This document shows positions 18,734-28,288 of a stretch of DNA of 64,000 nucleotides, piece after piece (within the stretch, counting starts at the first letter, position 1; each line of letters starts with the position of its first letter). Origin of the DNA: Halarcobacter sp. (GTDB taxonomy: Bacteria > Campylobacterota > Campylobacteria > Campylobacterales > Arcobacteraceae); contig CP182352.1 in assembly GCA_048571215.1 (NCBI GenBank), positions 1,632,001 to 1,696,000 on the forward strand, in the 5' to 3' direction. The notes beneath the pieces are model-generated. The model saw only the letters and a list, made by a program, of their open reading frames with translations, ran no database searches and was not told the origin of the DNA. A program made the position numbers and the translations under genes.

Positions 18734-18763
18734 GTAATGTATGTTACTGTAATGTATATTACT
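18734..18763. promoter_or_regulatory. Tandem 15-bp imperfect palindromes just upstream of the ATPase start
   Basis: GTAATGTATGTTACT followed by GTAATGTATATTACT. Confidence 0.6.
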
Positions 18764-18791
18764 ATAATTTATTTTATTTGTAAAGATATAC

Positions 18792-18965
18792 TTACATTTT
18801 AGTACAAATAAGAATAACTACTCCATGCTCAGTAAAAGCGTATGGTGTAGTTCTTGTTTTAGAAAGTTTTGTGGTCACAAACTGTGACCGCAAAACTTCA
18901 AGCTCTTCTTTTGTGAGTAGAAACATGAAATCACTTGGAAGCAGAAGTAATAAGAAAAATTGCAT
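18792..18965 (-). pseudogene. ORF6N-domain gene fragment
   Basis: Manual translation contains PSDFMFLLTKEELEVLRSQFVTTKLSKTRTTPYAFTEHGV; the N- and C-terminal parts of the family are missing. Confidence 0.75.
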
Positions 18966-18978
18966 AATATAATTAAAT

Positions 18979-20079
18979 TTAAAAGTTTCTAATTAAATCT
19001 TCATATACTTTACAAAGACCTTCAACCTCTTTTACTGTAGTTCTCTCACCAACACTATGAATAGTATCATTTATAACACCAAACTCTATGGCTTCGATTC
19101 CAAATGCTCCAAAATATCTAGCATCACTTGTTCCACCAGCAGTTGAGTGTTTTGTAGTTACGTTAAGAATTTCTTTAATAGAGTTTTCCATAGCCTTAAC
19201 TACTTTTGATTCTTTATTTGTTACAAAAGGAAATGAACCTTGTGTTGTTCTAAAGTCATATTCTAAGCCTTCTAAATTCTTATGAATAAACTCTTCTACA
19301 GACTCTCTTGTTGTATTTGTTGAATTTCTTACATTGAACATAAGTTTCAAATCAGGTGGTGTTACATTTGTAACTTCCATACCACCTCTAATATCTGTAA
19401 TTACCATCTTACTTGGAGCAAAGTATTCATCACCATCATCTAAGTTATACCCTGCTAGTTTTGGTAAAATTGAGGCAAAATTATGCACAGGGTTGATACA
19501 CTTTTCTGGATATGCCGCATGTCCTTGCTTACCCTTTATAGTGATATATCCATTTATACTTCCACGTCTTCCTACTTTAATAGCATCACCAAAAACCTCT
19601 TCACAAGTTGGTTCTGCCACAACTGCATATTGAGGTATAAAGTCTATCTCTTTTAGGTGTTCAAGCATTTTGATAGTTCCGTAAGTTCCTTCACCCTCTT
19701 CATCACTTGTCATAAGAATAGAAAGTGTTCCATCAAAATCTTGGGCATGTTTACAAGCATATAAAAAAGCAGCATCTCCACTTTTCATATCTTGTGTTCC
19801 CCTTGCAGTTATAACTCCATCTATAATATCTGCTACAAATGGGTCTACATCCCACCCCTCACCTACAGGAACCACATCTATATGTCCTGCAAAACAAAGG
19901 TGTTGAGGATTGTCATTGAATTTTTTATAATAAAATCTATTTTTCACACCTTGCATATCAACTTTTATACAGTTCCAAGTATCACCTAAATACTCTTGTA
20001 TAAAATCAAAAGCCCCATCATCATCTGGGGTAATAGACTTAAATCTTAATAATTTTTGAAATAGCTCAATTACTGTCAT
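18979..20079 (-). CDS. dapE: Succinyl-diaminopimelate desuccinylase
   Basis: FAGHIDVVP, RGTQDMK, SDEEG, GRRGS, GHAAYP, GGTSDAR. Confidence 0.95.
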   Translation of the reverse strand: MTVIELFQKLLRFKSITPDDDGAFDFIQEYLGDTWNCIKVDMQGVKNRFYYKKFNDNPQHLCFAGHIDVVPVGEGWDVDPFVADIIDGVITARGTQDMKSGDAAFLYACKHAQDFDGTLSILMTSDEEGEGTYGTIKMLEHLKEIDFIPQYAVVAEPTCEEVFGDAIKVGRRGSINGYITIKGKQGHAAYPEKCINPVHNFASILPKLAGYNLDDGDEYFAPSKMVITDIRGGMEVTNVTPPDLKLMFNVRNSTNTTRESVEEFIHKNLEGLEYDFRTTQGSFPFVTNKESKVVKAMENSIKEILNVTTKHSTAGGTSDARYFGAFGIEAIEFGVINDTIHSVGERTTVKEVEGLCKVYEDLIRNF

Positions 20080-20262
20080 TTATATCCTTTAATATCTTTC
20101 GTATTTTATCTAAGTTAGCATTAAATCATAAATCTTTTACCTTGAGTTTAAAAATTTAAATTTACTTATAATTTTTTTATATTTTTTAATTAGATATATA
20201 TATAACCATATCTATCAATGTTATTTTGTTATAATAATCTAAACCTAATGTAAGGATTTATC

Positions 20263-23022
20263 GTGAAAAATAATAAAATACTAAAAGTGTTACTCTCAAT
20301 ATTGGCAATTTATTCAATCTTAGGTTTTATAGTTTTACCTTTAATAGTAAAATCCCAATTAGAAAAAATTTTAACAGAAAAACTCACCCAACAAGTTAGT
20401 ATAGATAGTATTAGCTTTAATCCTTTTTTACTAAACTTTTCCCTAAATAAAGTAAAAGTTTATAATGATAAAAATACAACTATTAGTTTTAATACACTTT
20501 ATGTTGATTTTTTCTTAATTAAATCTCTAGATGAAAAACATATTAGTTTTAAAAACTTTTGGATTGATGACTTATATGTTAACTTAGTTGAAAATAGTGA
20601 TGGTACTTTTAATCTACAAAAACTATTAAAAGATGACAAAACAAATAAAGAGCAAGTAAAGGATGATGCTTCAAGTACTGATATAAAATTTCAGATATTA
20701 AGAACTTCACTTTCAAATGCAAAAATCAAATATACAAAATATTTTGAAAATAAAAAACCACTAAGGGTGGATATAAACCCTATAAATTATACTCTTTATG
20801 ATTTGGGTACCTATAAAAATGCTTTAGCATCCCATAGTCTAAATCTAAAAATCAACAATAAAACAGCTTTAAAAATTGATGGAGGTCTTAGACTTATCCC
20901 TTTTGAGATGTATGGAAAACTTAATTTGACAAAACTGCATCCAACAGATTTTATAAGATATAAAGATGAAAATCTAAATTTCAATCTAAACAATGATAGT
21001 TATATAAATCTAGCATTAGGTTATAGATTAAATACAAAAGAGAAACTTACAGTTGAGATAAATAACTCAACTCTTGATCTATATAAGCTTAAAATTATGC
21101 AAGAGAATAAAGATTTAATTAGCTTTGATAGATTTAGTATAGGTGATTTAAACTATATCTATCCCCAAAATAATCTGAAAATAGATAATGTAAACTTAGA
21201 TAAACTATATTCAAGTGTTATTATGGATAAAAACTCAAATATCAATCTTACAAGTTTAATAAAACAAAATAAACAAGAGAAGAATACTGCAGAAGAAACC
21301 TCCTCTTTGGAACCTTTAGACATAACTATAAACGATATAAATCTAAATAACTCAAAGGTTGAATTTAGAGATTTAAAATCTCTATTAAATATTGATTTAA
21401 AAAATATCAATATAAATCTAAAAGACTCAAGTGTTACAAATGATAAAATCAAAGTTGCAAACTTAAAGCTTAGAAAACTTGATCTTGCTCTAAAAGATAA
21501 AAAAAATAAACTAGATTTGGATATAAATGATTTAGGTATAAATGTCGATAATATTTCAAAGCTAGCTAATAAATCCCTTATAGATAAAATAAATTTATCA
21601 AATGAAAACATGAGTTTTTTTAATAAAGAAGCAAATACTAAAATAGATGCTAAAAATATAGATTTAGATATTAATAACTTAGCATATATTGATGATAAAC
21701 TTACAATAAAAAGTTCACAACTTCTAAAACCAAATGTTGCTATAACACTAAATAAATCTAATAAAAAAGAATCAAAATCAAAGCCAAAAGAAGTTAAAAA
21801 AACTAAAAAAAGTGATAGTAGTTTTGGTTTTGATATAGGACCTTTTAAAGTTATAGATGCAAAAATGAGTTTCCAAGATAAAAATTTACCAATACCATTT
21901 AAAACAAATGTAACTCAACTAAATGGCGACTTTTCTCAATTAAACTCAAATAGTTCAAAACCAACAAAACTAAAACTAGAAGGAAAAGTTGATAAATATG
22001 GATATAGTAAAATTACGGGAATTGTAGATATAAATGATATTAAACTTTTAACCGATACAAATTTATTATTTAAAAATATTGCTATTAAAAACTTTACTCC
22101 ATATTCTGGTAAATTTGTTGGTAGAGAGATAGCTAGTGGTAAACTAAACTTGGATCTAAGATACAATATCAAAAATTCAAATCTAAAAGCCAAAAATTCA
22201 ATTGTAATAAATGATATAAAATTTGGTAAAAAAGTAAAAAGTCCTGATGCAGTCAATCTACCCTTAGATTTAGCTATAGCTTTATTAGAAGATTCTGACG
22301 GAGTAATTAATATTGATTTACCAGTTCAAGGTAATGTTGATGATCCACAGTTTTCATTAGCTCCAATAGTTTGGAAAGCCTTTACCAATTTAATTGCAAA
22401 AGCTATCACTTCACCATTTAGATTACTTGGTTCAATTTTTGGTATAAGTGCAGATGATATAAGCAGTTTAGAATTTGAATTTGGTTCAGATAAAATTTTA
22501 GCCTCAGAAAAAGAATCTTTAGATAATATTGCAAAAATTCTTTCAAAAAAACCAAAACTTGCTATAAAAATAATACCTTCATATCATGAAAATAAAGATA
22601 AATTAGCTTTACAAACTATTAAGTTTGATAAAAAAATAAATGAACAAATCAAAAAAATAAAAGGTGAAAATAAAGATAAGTATCTAATAGCAATAGAAGA
22701 AGAGTATAAAACTTTAAAAAAATCAAAAAGCTTAGATGAGTTAAAAAAGGACTTTTTTGTTGAAAATAAAAATAAAAAGAAAGTATTTAACAAAGATGCC
22801 TATCTAAAACATCTAAAATCAATTCTTATTTCTACTCAAACGGTAGAAGTAGAAGAGTTAGAAAAACTTGCTTTACAAAGAGCACAAAATGTTGTTGACT
22901 ACTTAATAAAAGAGAAAAAAATCTCAGCTAACTCTATTTTAATAGAGAAAAAAATCTCAATTCAAAAAGAAAACAAAGATAAATGGGCTGTATTTAAATT
23001 AGAAGTAACAGTAAGAAAATAG
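20263..23022 (+). CDS. DUF748 domain-containing (AsmA-like) envelope protein
   Basis: N-terminal TM; FTPYSGKFVG, LPLDLAIALLED, IDLPVQGNVDDPQF. Confidence 0.85.
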   Translation: MKNNKILKVLLSILAIYSILGFIVLPLIVKSQLEKILTEKLTQQVSIDSISFNPFLLNFSLNKVKVYNDKNTTISFNTLYVDFFLIKSLDEKHISFKNFWIDDLYVNLVENSDGTFNLQKLLKDDKTNKEQVKDDASSTDIKFQILRTSLSNAKIKYTKYFENKKPLRVDINPINYTLYDLGTYKNALASHSLNLKINNKTALKIDGGLRLIPFEMYGKLNLTKLHPTDFIRYKDENLNFNLNNDSYINLALGYRLNTKEKLTVEINNSTLDLYKLKIMQENKDLISFDRFSIGDLNYIYPQNNLKIDNVNLDKLYSSVIMDKNSNINLTSLIKQNKQEKNTAEETSSLEPLDITINDINLNNSKVEFRDLKSLLNIDLKNININLKDSSVTNDKIKVANLKLRKLDLALKDKKNKLDLDINDLGINVDNISKLANKSLIDKINLSNENMSFFNKEANTKIDAKNIDLDINNLAYIDDKLTIKSSQLLKPNVAITLNKSNKKESKSKPKEVKKTKKSDSSFGFDIGPFKVIDAKMSFQDKNLPIPFKTNVTQLNGDFSQLNSNSSKPTKLKLEGKVDKYGYSKITGIVDINDIKLLTDTNLLFKNIAIKNFTPYSGKFVGREIASGKLNLDLRYNIKNSNLKAKNSIVINDIKFGKKVKSPDAVNLPLDLAIALLEDSDGVINIDLPVQGNVDDPQFSLAPIVWKAFTNLIAKAITSPFRLLGSIFGISADDISSLEFEFGSDKILASEKESLDNIAKILSKKPKLAIKIIPSYHENKDKLALQTIKFDKKINEQIKKIKGENKDKYLIAIEEEYKTLKKSKSLDELKKDFFVENKNKKKVFNKDAYLKHLKSILISTQTVEVEELEKLALQRAQNVVDYLIKEKKISANSILIEKKISIQKENKDKWAVFKLEVTVRK

Positions 23023-23035
23023 TTTCTTACTGTTA
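23006..23035 (+). terminator. Terminator hairpin overlapping the DUF748 stop codon
   Basis: TAACAGTAAGAAA-ATAG-TTTCTTACTGTTA. Confidence 0.6.
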
Positions 23036-23142
23036 TAATCATAATTTTAACTTATATAACTATCATTTAAAATACTTATAATAAACATTACGATACTATT
23101 CGTAAAATTTATATTTAAAATTATATTAACTAATGGAATCCT

Positions 23143-23694
23143 ATGAATAAAATATTTTATATAATACTTACTTTTATTGTAGTCTTTATTGTATATGGTG
23201 TAGTAAATGAAATAAACAAAGAAACCACAAAAAAAGAAAAACGACTTCCTTGCCAAAAAGAAACAACTACTTTTGAAAAAATTGATAATAAACATCTAAT
23301 AGATGAAGCTATCAATCTTCTAACAAGTGGTAATTTTTTGATTAAATCAAGAATAGAAAAAGCTACTTATATGGAATCAAAAATATTGAATTATATTTCT
23401 ACTAAAAAAGCTGATTTGATTTTGAAAAATAGTATTAATAAATATATTAAAAATAAAAATAGTATGGATAAAAAGTTATTAATTGACTATTATATTTTAG
23501 AAAACGACAAAGAAGATATAGGTAAAAAAGGAACTACTTGTAAACTTTATGCAGGATATTTAGTATTTGAATTTAAATTAGATGATAAATTAATCTATAA
23601 AATTCAAATAGACTTTATGAAGCAAGATACCTCAGATATACCAAATAGAATCGATTGCGTTATAAAATCATTTATTACATTAAAAGGAAAATAA
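23143..23694 (+). CDS. Hypothetical membrane-anchored protein
   Basis: N-terminal TM; YILENDKED...CKLYAGYLVFEF; function not recognised. Confidence 0.75.
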   Translation: MNKIFYIILTFIVVFIVYGVVNEINKETTKKEKRLPCQKETTTFEKIDNKHLIDEAINLLTSGNFLIKSRIEKATYMESKILNYISTKKADLILKNSINKYIKNKNSMDKKLLIDYYILENDKEDIGKKGTTCKLYAGYLVFEFKLDDKLIYKIQIDFMKQDTSDIPNRIDCVIKSFITLKGK

Positions 23695-23696
23695 GA

Positions 23697-24083
23697 ATGA
23701 AACAAAAAATTTTTAAAGACAAATATCATATTTTTGAAATTGTATTTGAAAAAAGTGAACTAAACTATACAAATGTTGATGAGATTTTAGAAATACTAAA
23801 AAAGAAAATTGATGCCCATCCTGTTATTACTTATATTGCAAACTTTGATCAATTTGCTCAAACCAAAAGAGTTAATGGAGTAATTAGACCTGATATTAAA
23901 GCTGCTAAAAATATCATTTTTTGTTTTGGTAAAGAGATACCAACACCCGAAGTACTTGCAATAAGACCACGAAGTATTGGAGTAGTTGAATTAGAAGATA
24001 GTTTTGTGGTTAACTTTTTAGAAGCACCTAATGAACAAGCAAATGTTCTAATGGAAGAGATGATAAAATCAATAAAAAACTAA
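23697..24083 (+). CDS. Conserved hypothetical protein (DUF6858-like)
   Basis: HPVITYIANFD, FCFG, LAIRPRSIGV. Start moved to ATG 23697 behind AAGGA. Confidence 0.7.
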   Translation: MKQKIFKDKYHIFEIVFEKSELNYTNVDEILEILKKKIDAHPVITYIANFDQFAQTKRVNGVIRPDIKAAKNIIFCFGKEIPTPEVLAIRPRSIGVVELEDSFVVNFLEAPNEQANVLMEEMIKSIKN

Positions 24084-24107
24084 AGGTCAAGTATAATCTT
24101 GACTTTT
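24082..24107. terminator. Probable bidirectional terminator between convergent genes
   Basis: AAAGGTCAAG-TATAAT-CTTGACTTTT. Confidence 0.6.
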
Positions 24108-24110
24108 AGA

Positions 24111-24932
24111 TTAGCCTTTTTTAAGTAGATTATATGTTGGAAAAGGTATTTGAATATCGTTTTCTTTAAAGGCCTTGTATACACCCAGATTTACTTTATA
24201 TTGAGTTTCAAAATAGTTTTTAGTTACAGCCCAATACCTCATCTCTATATTGATTGAAAAATCACCAAACTCTTTTATTCCTATTTGTGCTTTGGGTTCT
24301 TGTGATACCTCATTACTAAAACCTTTTAATACTTCACTTATCACGTCGATTGCCTTGATAGGATCACACTTATAATCAATCCCCACAACACTTTCAACAA
24401 CTTTATATTCAAAAGAGTTTACAAGAACCTCTCCTATGATGTGTCTATTTGGAATAGTTATAACTTCCCCATCTTCTGTTGATAAAATAGTATATGCCAA
24501 ACGTATCTCTTCAACTACACCACTAACACCCTCTACACTAATTGTATTTCCTACAATAAAAGGACGCCCTATTATTATAGATAAACCTGCTCCATAATTT
24601 GAAAGAGTACCTTGCAGTGCTAAACCAGCTCCAAGTGATGCTGCACCAATACCAGCAATAAAAGGAGTTAATGTAATACCAAGTTTTCCTATAGCTATAA
24701 TAGTAACTCCAATAATCAAACCAAATTTAACAGTATTTACTATAAATTTAGTCAAAGTTACATCTAATTGGTTTCTCTCACATATTTTTCTAATGGCTTC
24801 TGCTATTTTATTGGCAACAAACCATCCTAAAATAAAAATTATAATTGCACCAATAATTTGAAAACTATAATTTACAAAGAATTCAATAATAATATCATAA
24901 TACTTTTGGAAGTTTTGTAGTTCTTGTTCCAT
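24111..24932 (-). CDS. Small-conductance mechanosensitive channel (MscS family)
   Basis: GLALQGTLSNYGAG, RPFIVG, ITIPN, IQIPFP. Confidence 0.92.
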   Translation of the reverse strand: MEQELQNFQKYYDIIIEFFVNYSFQIIGAIIIFILGWFVANKIAEAIRKICERNQLDVTLTKFIVNTVKFGLIIGVTIIAIGKLGITLTPFIAGIGAASLGAGLALQGTLSNYGAGLSIIIGRPFIVGNTISVEGVSGVVEEIRLAYTILSTEDGEVITIPNRHIIGEVLVNSFEYKVVESVVGIDYKCDPIKAIDVISEVLKGFSNEVSQEPKAQIGIKEFGDFSINIEMRYWAVTKNYFETQYKVNLGVYKAFKENDIQIPFPTYNLLKKG

Positions 24933-24943
24933 TAAATACTCCT

Positions 24944-27148
24944 TTATAATTTGATAACCTTAGCTCCAAAACCACCTTGTGAAGGATGCGCATCACTATA
25001 TGATTTTACTCTTGGATGGGAATCTAAAAACTTTTTAACTGCATATGAAAGTTTTCCTGTACCTATTCCATGATAAACAAGAACCTCATCAAAACCAGCT
25101 ATTAAAGAATCTGATAAAAACTTATCTAGATTTTCTATAGCTTCATCAGCTCTTTGCCCATGTAAATCTAAAGTTACATGACCAGAATCTGGCTTTTGTA
25201 CTGTAACTGTTGTTTTTGTTTGAGTTTTAATCTTTGGAGGATTTCCACTTCTTTGTAAATCTGCTAATAAAACTTGCACTTTCATACCCATATCATTTTC
25301 TATGTAAGCTTTTTTACCCTTTATAGAGATAAGTGTTCCTTTTGTATTTCTATATTTTACTCTATCCCCTACTTTTAAATCTACTACCTCATCTTGCACT
25401 TTTTCAGTTTTTATAGATTTAACTTTTCCATGGGCTACATTTAGATGTTGATGCCCCTCTTTTGAAATTTTTGCTTTAATAGCTTTTTTTGCTTCTTCTC
25501 TAGCGTCTGTATACTCTTTGTGAAGTTTTGATTTCTCTGAATAGATATGATTATCTAAGGTCTCTTTAGTCTCCTTTAGATTTCTATTTAGTCTTTCATA
25601 CTCCCCTATCTCTTCTTCTAGTTTTGCTATTTTTGTTTTATATTCTATTTCTAAGGCACTACTTCTTTCAATAAGTTCATTTAATCTATCTTTATCTTCT
25701 CCATACACCTCTTTTGCTTTTTTAATTACATTATGAGGTATTCCATATCTATATGCTGTTTCAAAGGCATATGACTTTCCTATGGTTCCTTGTAAAAATT
25801 CATAGGTTGGTTTTCTATTCTCTTCATCATAAAGTGCTGCTACTAACTCCACATCTTTATTTGCTGCCATAAGTGCAGCAAGTCTTTTGTGGTGAGTTGT
25901 TATGATAATTTTAATATCTTTTTGAATTAACTCTTCTATTATCACTTTAAATAAACTTGCTGCTTCATCTGAGTCTGTTCCTAATTCTATCTCATCAACT
26001 CCAACAATAGCACTTTTAGAACTAAATAGCTTTGAAAACTCAACCATACGACCAGCAAAGGTTGAGATATCATTTTTTACACTTTGAGGATCATCTAATA
26101 CTGCATTTATCTCTTTGTATGAACCTATTTGTGTATCTTGATGGGCATAATATGGTATAAGGTATTTAGACATTAATACTGCTGATAAAATAGATTTTAA
26201 CATCATAGTTTTACCACCTGCATTAACCCCAGTAATCATAACAACTGATTTAGAAAAATCTATAGTAATTGGTTTTGCATCATGCAAGGCAGGATGTCTA
26301 AAAGCTATCAACTTATTTACTTGTTTTTTAGAAGGCAAAATAAAGTTTTTGTCACCTTGTTTTGCAAAAAATAGCCTTGCTTGATAATGATCAAACCTAT
26401 CAAACTCTTTATTTATAAATTTTAAAAACATAAGGTTTTTTTCAAAAAGGGAAGATAACTCTTTACATATTTTAAGTAATACCTCTTCTTGTTTATTTTG
26501 TAAATCATTTTGTTTTTGTTTTAGTTGACTTACTGAGTGTGGTATTACATAAAAGAAACCAGCATTTGACCTATCTATAACAGAAGCTTTAAGTACATGA
26601 TTAAACCCACCCCTTACTAAAATACACTCCTCTTGATTTATATAGTGTACTTGAGAATCAACTAAATAAACTCTAATTTTTGAAGAGTTTATTATCTTAT
26701 ATAGGCTTTGTTTAATCTCTTGTTTATTAGCCAAGATAGCATCTTTAATCCTATCAAAGTCTTCATCAACTCCTGATTTAATATTTGACTTCTCATCAAA
26801 GTAATCACAAATCTTAACTATCTCATTTGGGATTATAATTTTATCTATCCACTCTTGTAGTTTTCCCTCAAAGGTAAATCTTTTTAAATATAAAAAATAT
26901 TTTATGATTTTTACAAACTCATATATCTCATATATTTTTAAAATACCCTGCTTTTGGATATGCAGTAGTGCATTATCTAAGCTTTCTATTTTATTAGGTT
27001 GTTTAATATCAAACTTTGATAACTCATTTATAAGTTTAAAGTGAATATTTATATCACCCTCTAAAATAATTGGTTTTTCTCTTGAAAGTAGTTTAGAGAA
27101 AGAATCCATATAATCTTGTAAATCTAATTTTTCAAATATCTCTTGCAT
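24944..27148 (-). CDS. mutS2: Endonuclease MutS2
   Basis: ITGVNAGGKT, ISTFAGRM, VDEIELGTD, ITTHH; Smr domain LDLHGQR...HGIGTG. Confidence 0.95.
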   Translation of the reverse strand: MQEIFEKLDLQDYMDSFSKLLSREKPIILEGDINIHFKLINELSKFDIKQPNKIESLDNALLHIQKQGILKIYEIYEFVKIIKYFLYLKRFTFEGKLQEWIDKIIIPNEIVKICDYFDEKSNIKSGVDEDFDRIKDAILANKQEIKQSLYKIINSSKIRVYLVDSQVHYINQEECILVRGGFNHVLKASVIDRSNAGFFYVIPHSVSQLKQKQNDLQNKQEEVLLKICKELSSLFEKNLMFLKFINKEFDRFDHYQARLFFAKQGDKNFILPSKKQVNKLIAFRHPALHDAKPITIDFSKSVVMITGVNAGGKTMMLKSILSAVLMSKYLIPYYAHQDTQIGSYKEINAVLDDPQSVKNDISTFAGRMVEFSKLFSSKSAIVGVDEIELGTDSDEAASLFKVIIEELIQKDIKIIITTHHKRLAALMAANKDVELVAALYDEENRKPTYEFLQGTIGKSYAFETAYRYGIPHNVIKKAKEVYGEDKDRLNELIERSSALEIEYKTKIAKLEEEIGEYERLNRNLKETKETLDNHIYSEKSKLHKEYTDAREEAKKAIKAKISKEGHQHLNVAHGKVKSIKTEKVQDEVVDLKVGDRVKYRNTKGTLISIKGKKAYIENDMGMKVQVLLADLQRSGNPPKIKTQTKTTVTVQKPDSGHVTLDLHGQRADEAIENLDKFLSDSLIAGFDEVLVYHGIGTGKLSYAVKKFLDSHPRVKSYSDAHPSQGGFGAKVIKL

Positions 27149-27285
27149 TTGGCAATTGTATCTAAAAGAGTTATAATTTTTTATATAATCAAGTAAGTTT
27201 TTATATTTATTTTTTCAATTAATATAGCTTTGAAAAGCTTTTTGATACTATATACCTCTTAAAAGAAATGAATATAGGAAAATAC

Positions 27286-28260
27286 ATGATTGAAAAAGAG
27301 GGCTCAATTTTGTCAGTTAGAAAAGATTTAAAAGTTTTTGACTGTACAATTAGAGATGGGGGATTAGTAAATAATTATCATTTTAATGATGAGTTTGTAA
27401 AAGCTCATTATGAGATGTGTGTGGCTGCTGGTATTGATTATATGGAGATTGGTAAAAATGTATCTCCTACCGTTATGAGTGAAGATGAATATGGTTGTTG
27501 GAATTTCTGTAAAGAGGAAGATATAAGAAGAATTGTTGGGGAAAACAATACTGATTTAAAAATTGCAGTTATGGCAGATGTTGGAAGAACTCTAAAAGAG
27601 GAGATTATTCCAAAAGAGGAGAGTGTTGTAGATATGATTAGAGTTGCAACATATATCCACCAACTTCCAGAAGCTATTGAACTAATAGAAGATTTCCATG
27701 CAAAAGGTTACGAAACAACTTGTAATATTATGGCTATTTCAAAATCATTTGACAATGAGTTAAATGAAGTATTGGAACAACTAAGCCAAACAAATGTTGA
27801 TATTATTTATATAGCTGATAGTTTTGGTTCTTTTTACCCAGAACAAATCAATAAACTAACAGACAAATATTTAACAGTTGCAAAAGCATCAGGTAAAAAA
27901 GTTGGTATTCATGCACACAATAATCTATCACTAGCATATGCAAATACACTTGAAGCTATGATTTATGGTACAAGTTATTTAGATGTAACAGTATCAGGAC
28001 TTGGACGAGGGGCTGGAAACTGTGCAATGGAGTTATTATTAGGATTCTTAAAAAACCCTAAATATAAACTATTACCCGTATTAAAATTTATTGAAGATTA
28101 TATAGTTCCACTAGAAAAAGAGCTTGACTGGGGTTGTAGTGTACCGTATATCATAACAGGACACCTAAATGAGCACCCAAGACCTGCTATGAAAGCAAGA
28201 GATGAAGGTGATACAAAATATGTAAACTTTTATAATAAATTAACAGAAGAGTATAGTTAG
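27286..28260 (+). CDS. HMGL-like (DRE-TIM) aldolase catalytic domain protein
   Basis: DCTIRDGG, ADSFGS, GIHAHNN, GLGRGAGN. Start at ATG 27286 behind AGGA. Confidence 0.85.
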   Translation: MIEKEGSILSVRKDLKVFDCTIRDGGLVNNYHFNDEFVKAHYEMCVAAGIDYMEIGKNVSPTVMSEDEYGCWNFCKEEDIRRIVGENNTDLKIAVMADVGRTLKEEIIPKEESVVDMIRVATYIHQLPEAIELIEDFHAKGYETTCNIMAISKSFDNELNEVLEQLSQTNVDIIYIADSFGSFYPEQINKLTDKYLTVAKASGKKVGIHAHNNLSLAYANTLEAMIYGTSYLDVTVSGLGRGAGNCAMELLLGFLKNPKYKLLPVLKFIEDYIVPLEKELDWGCSVPYIITGHLNEHPRPAMKARDEGDTKYVNFYNKLTEEYS

Positions 28261-28276
28261 AAGCAACTATACTCTT
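28247..28276. terminator. Terminator hairpin between convergent genes
   Basis: AAGAGTATAGTT-AGAAGC-AACTATACTCTT. Confidence 0.6.
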
Positions 28277-28288
28277 TGAGTTTAAATC

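Noticed and set aside
10584..18965. Prophage suggested by XRE repressors plus the ORF6N fragment
   Set aside because: No integrase, terminase, structural or lysis genes; the neighbours are signalling and metabolic genes.
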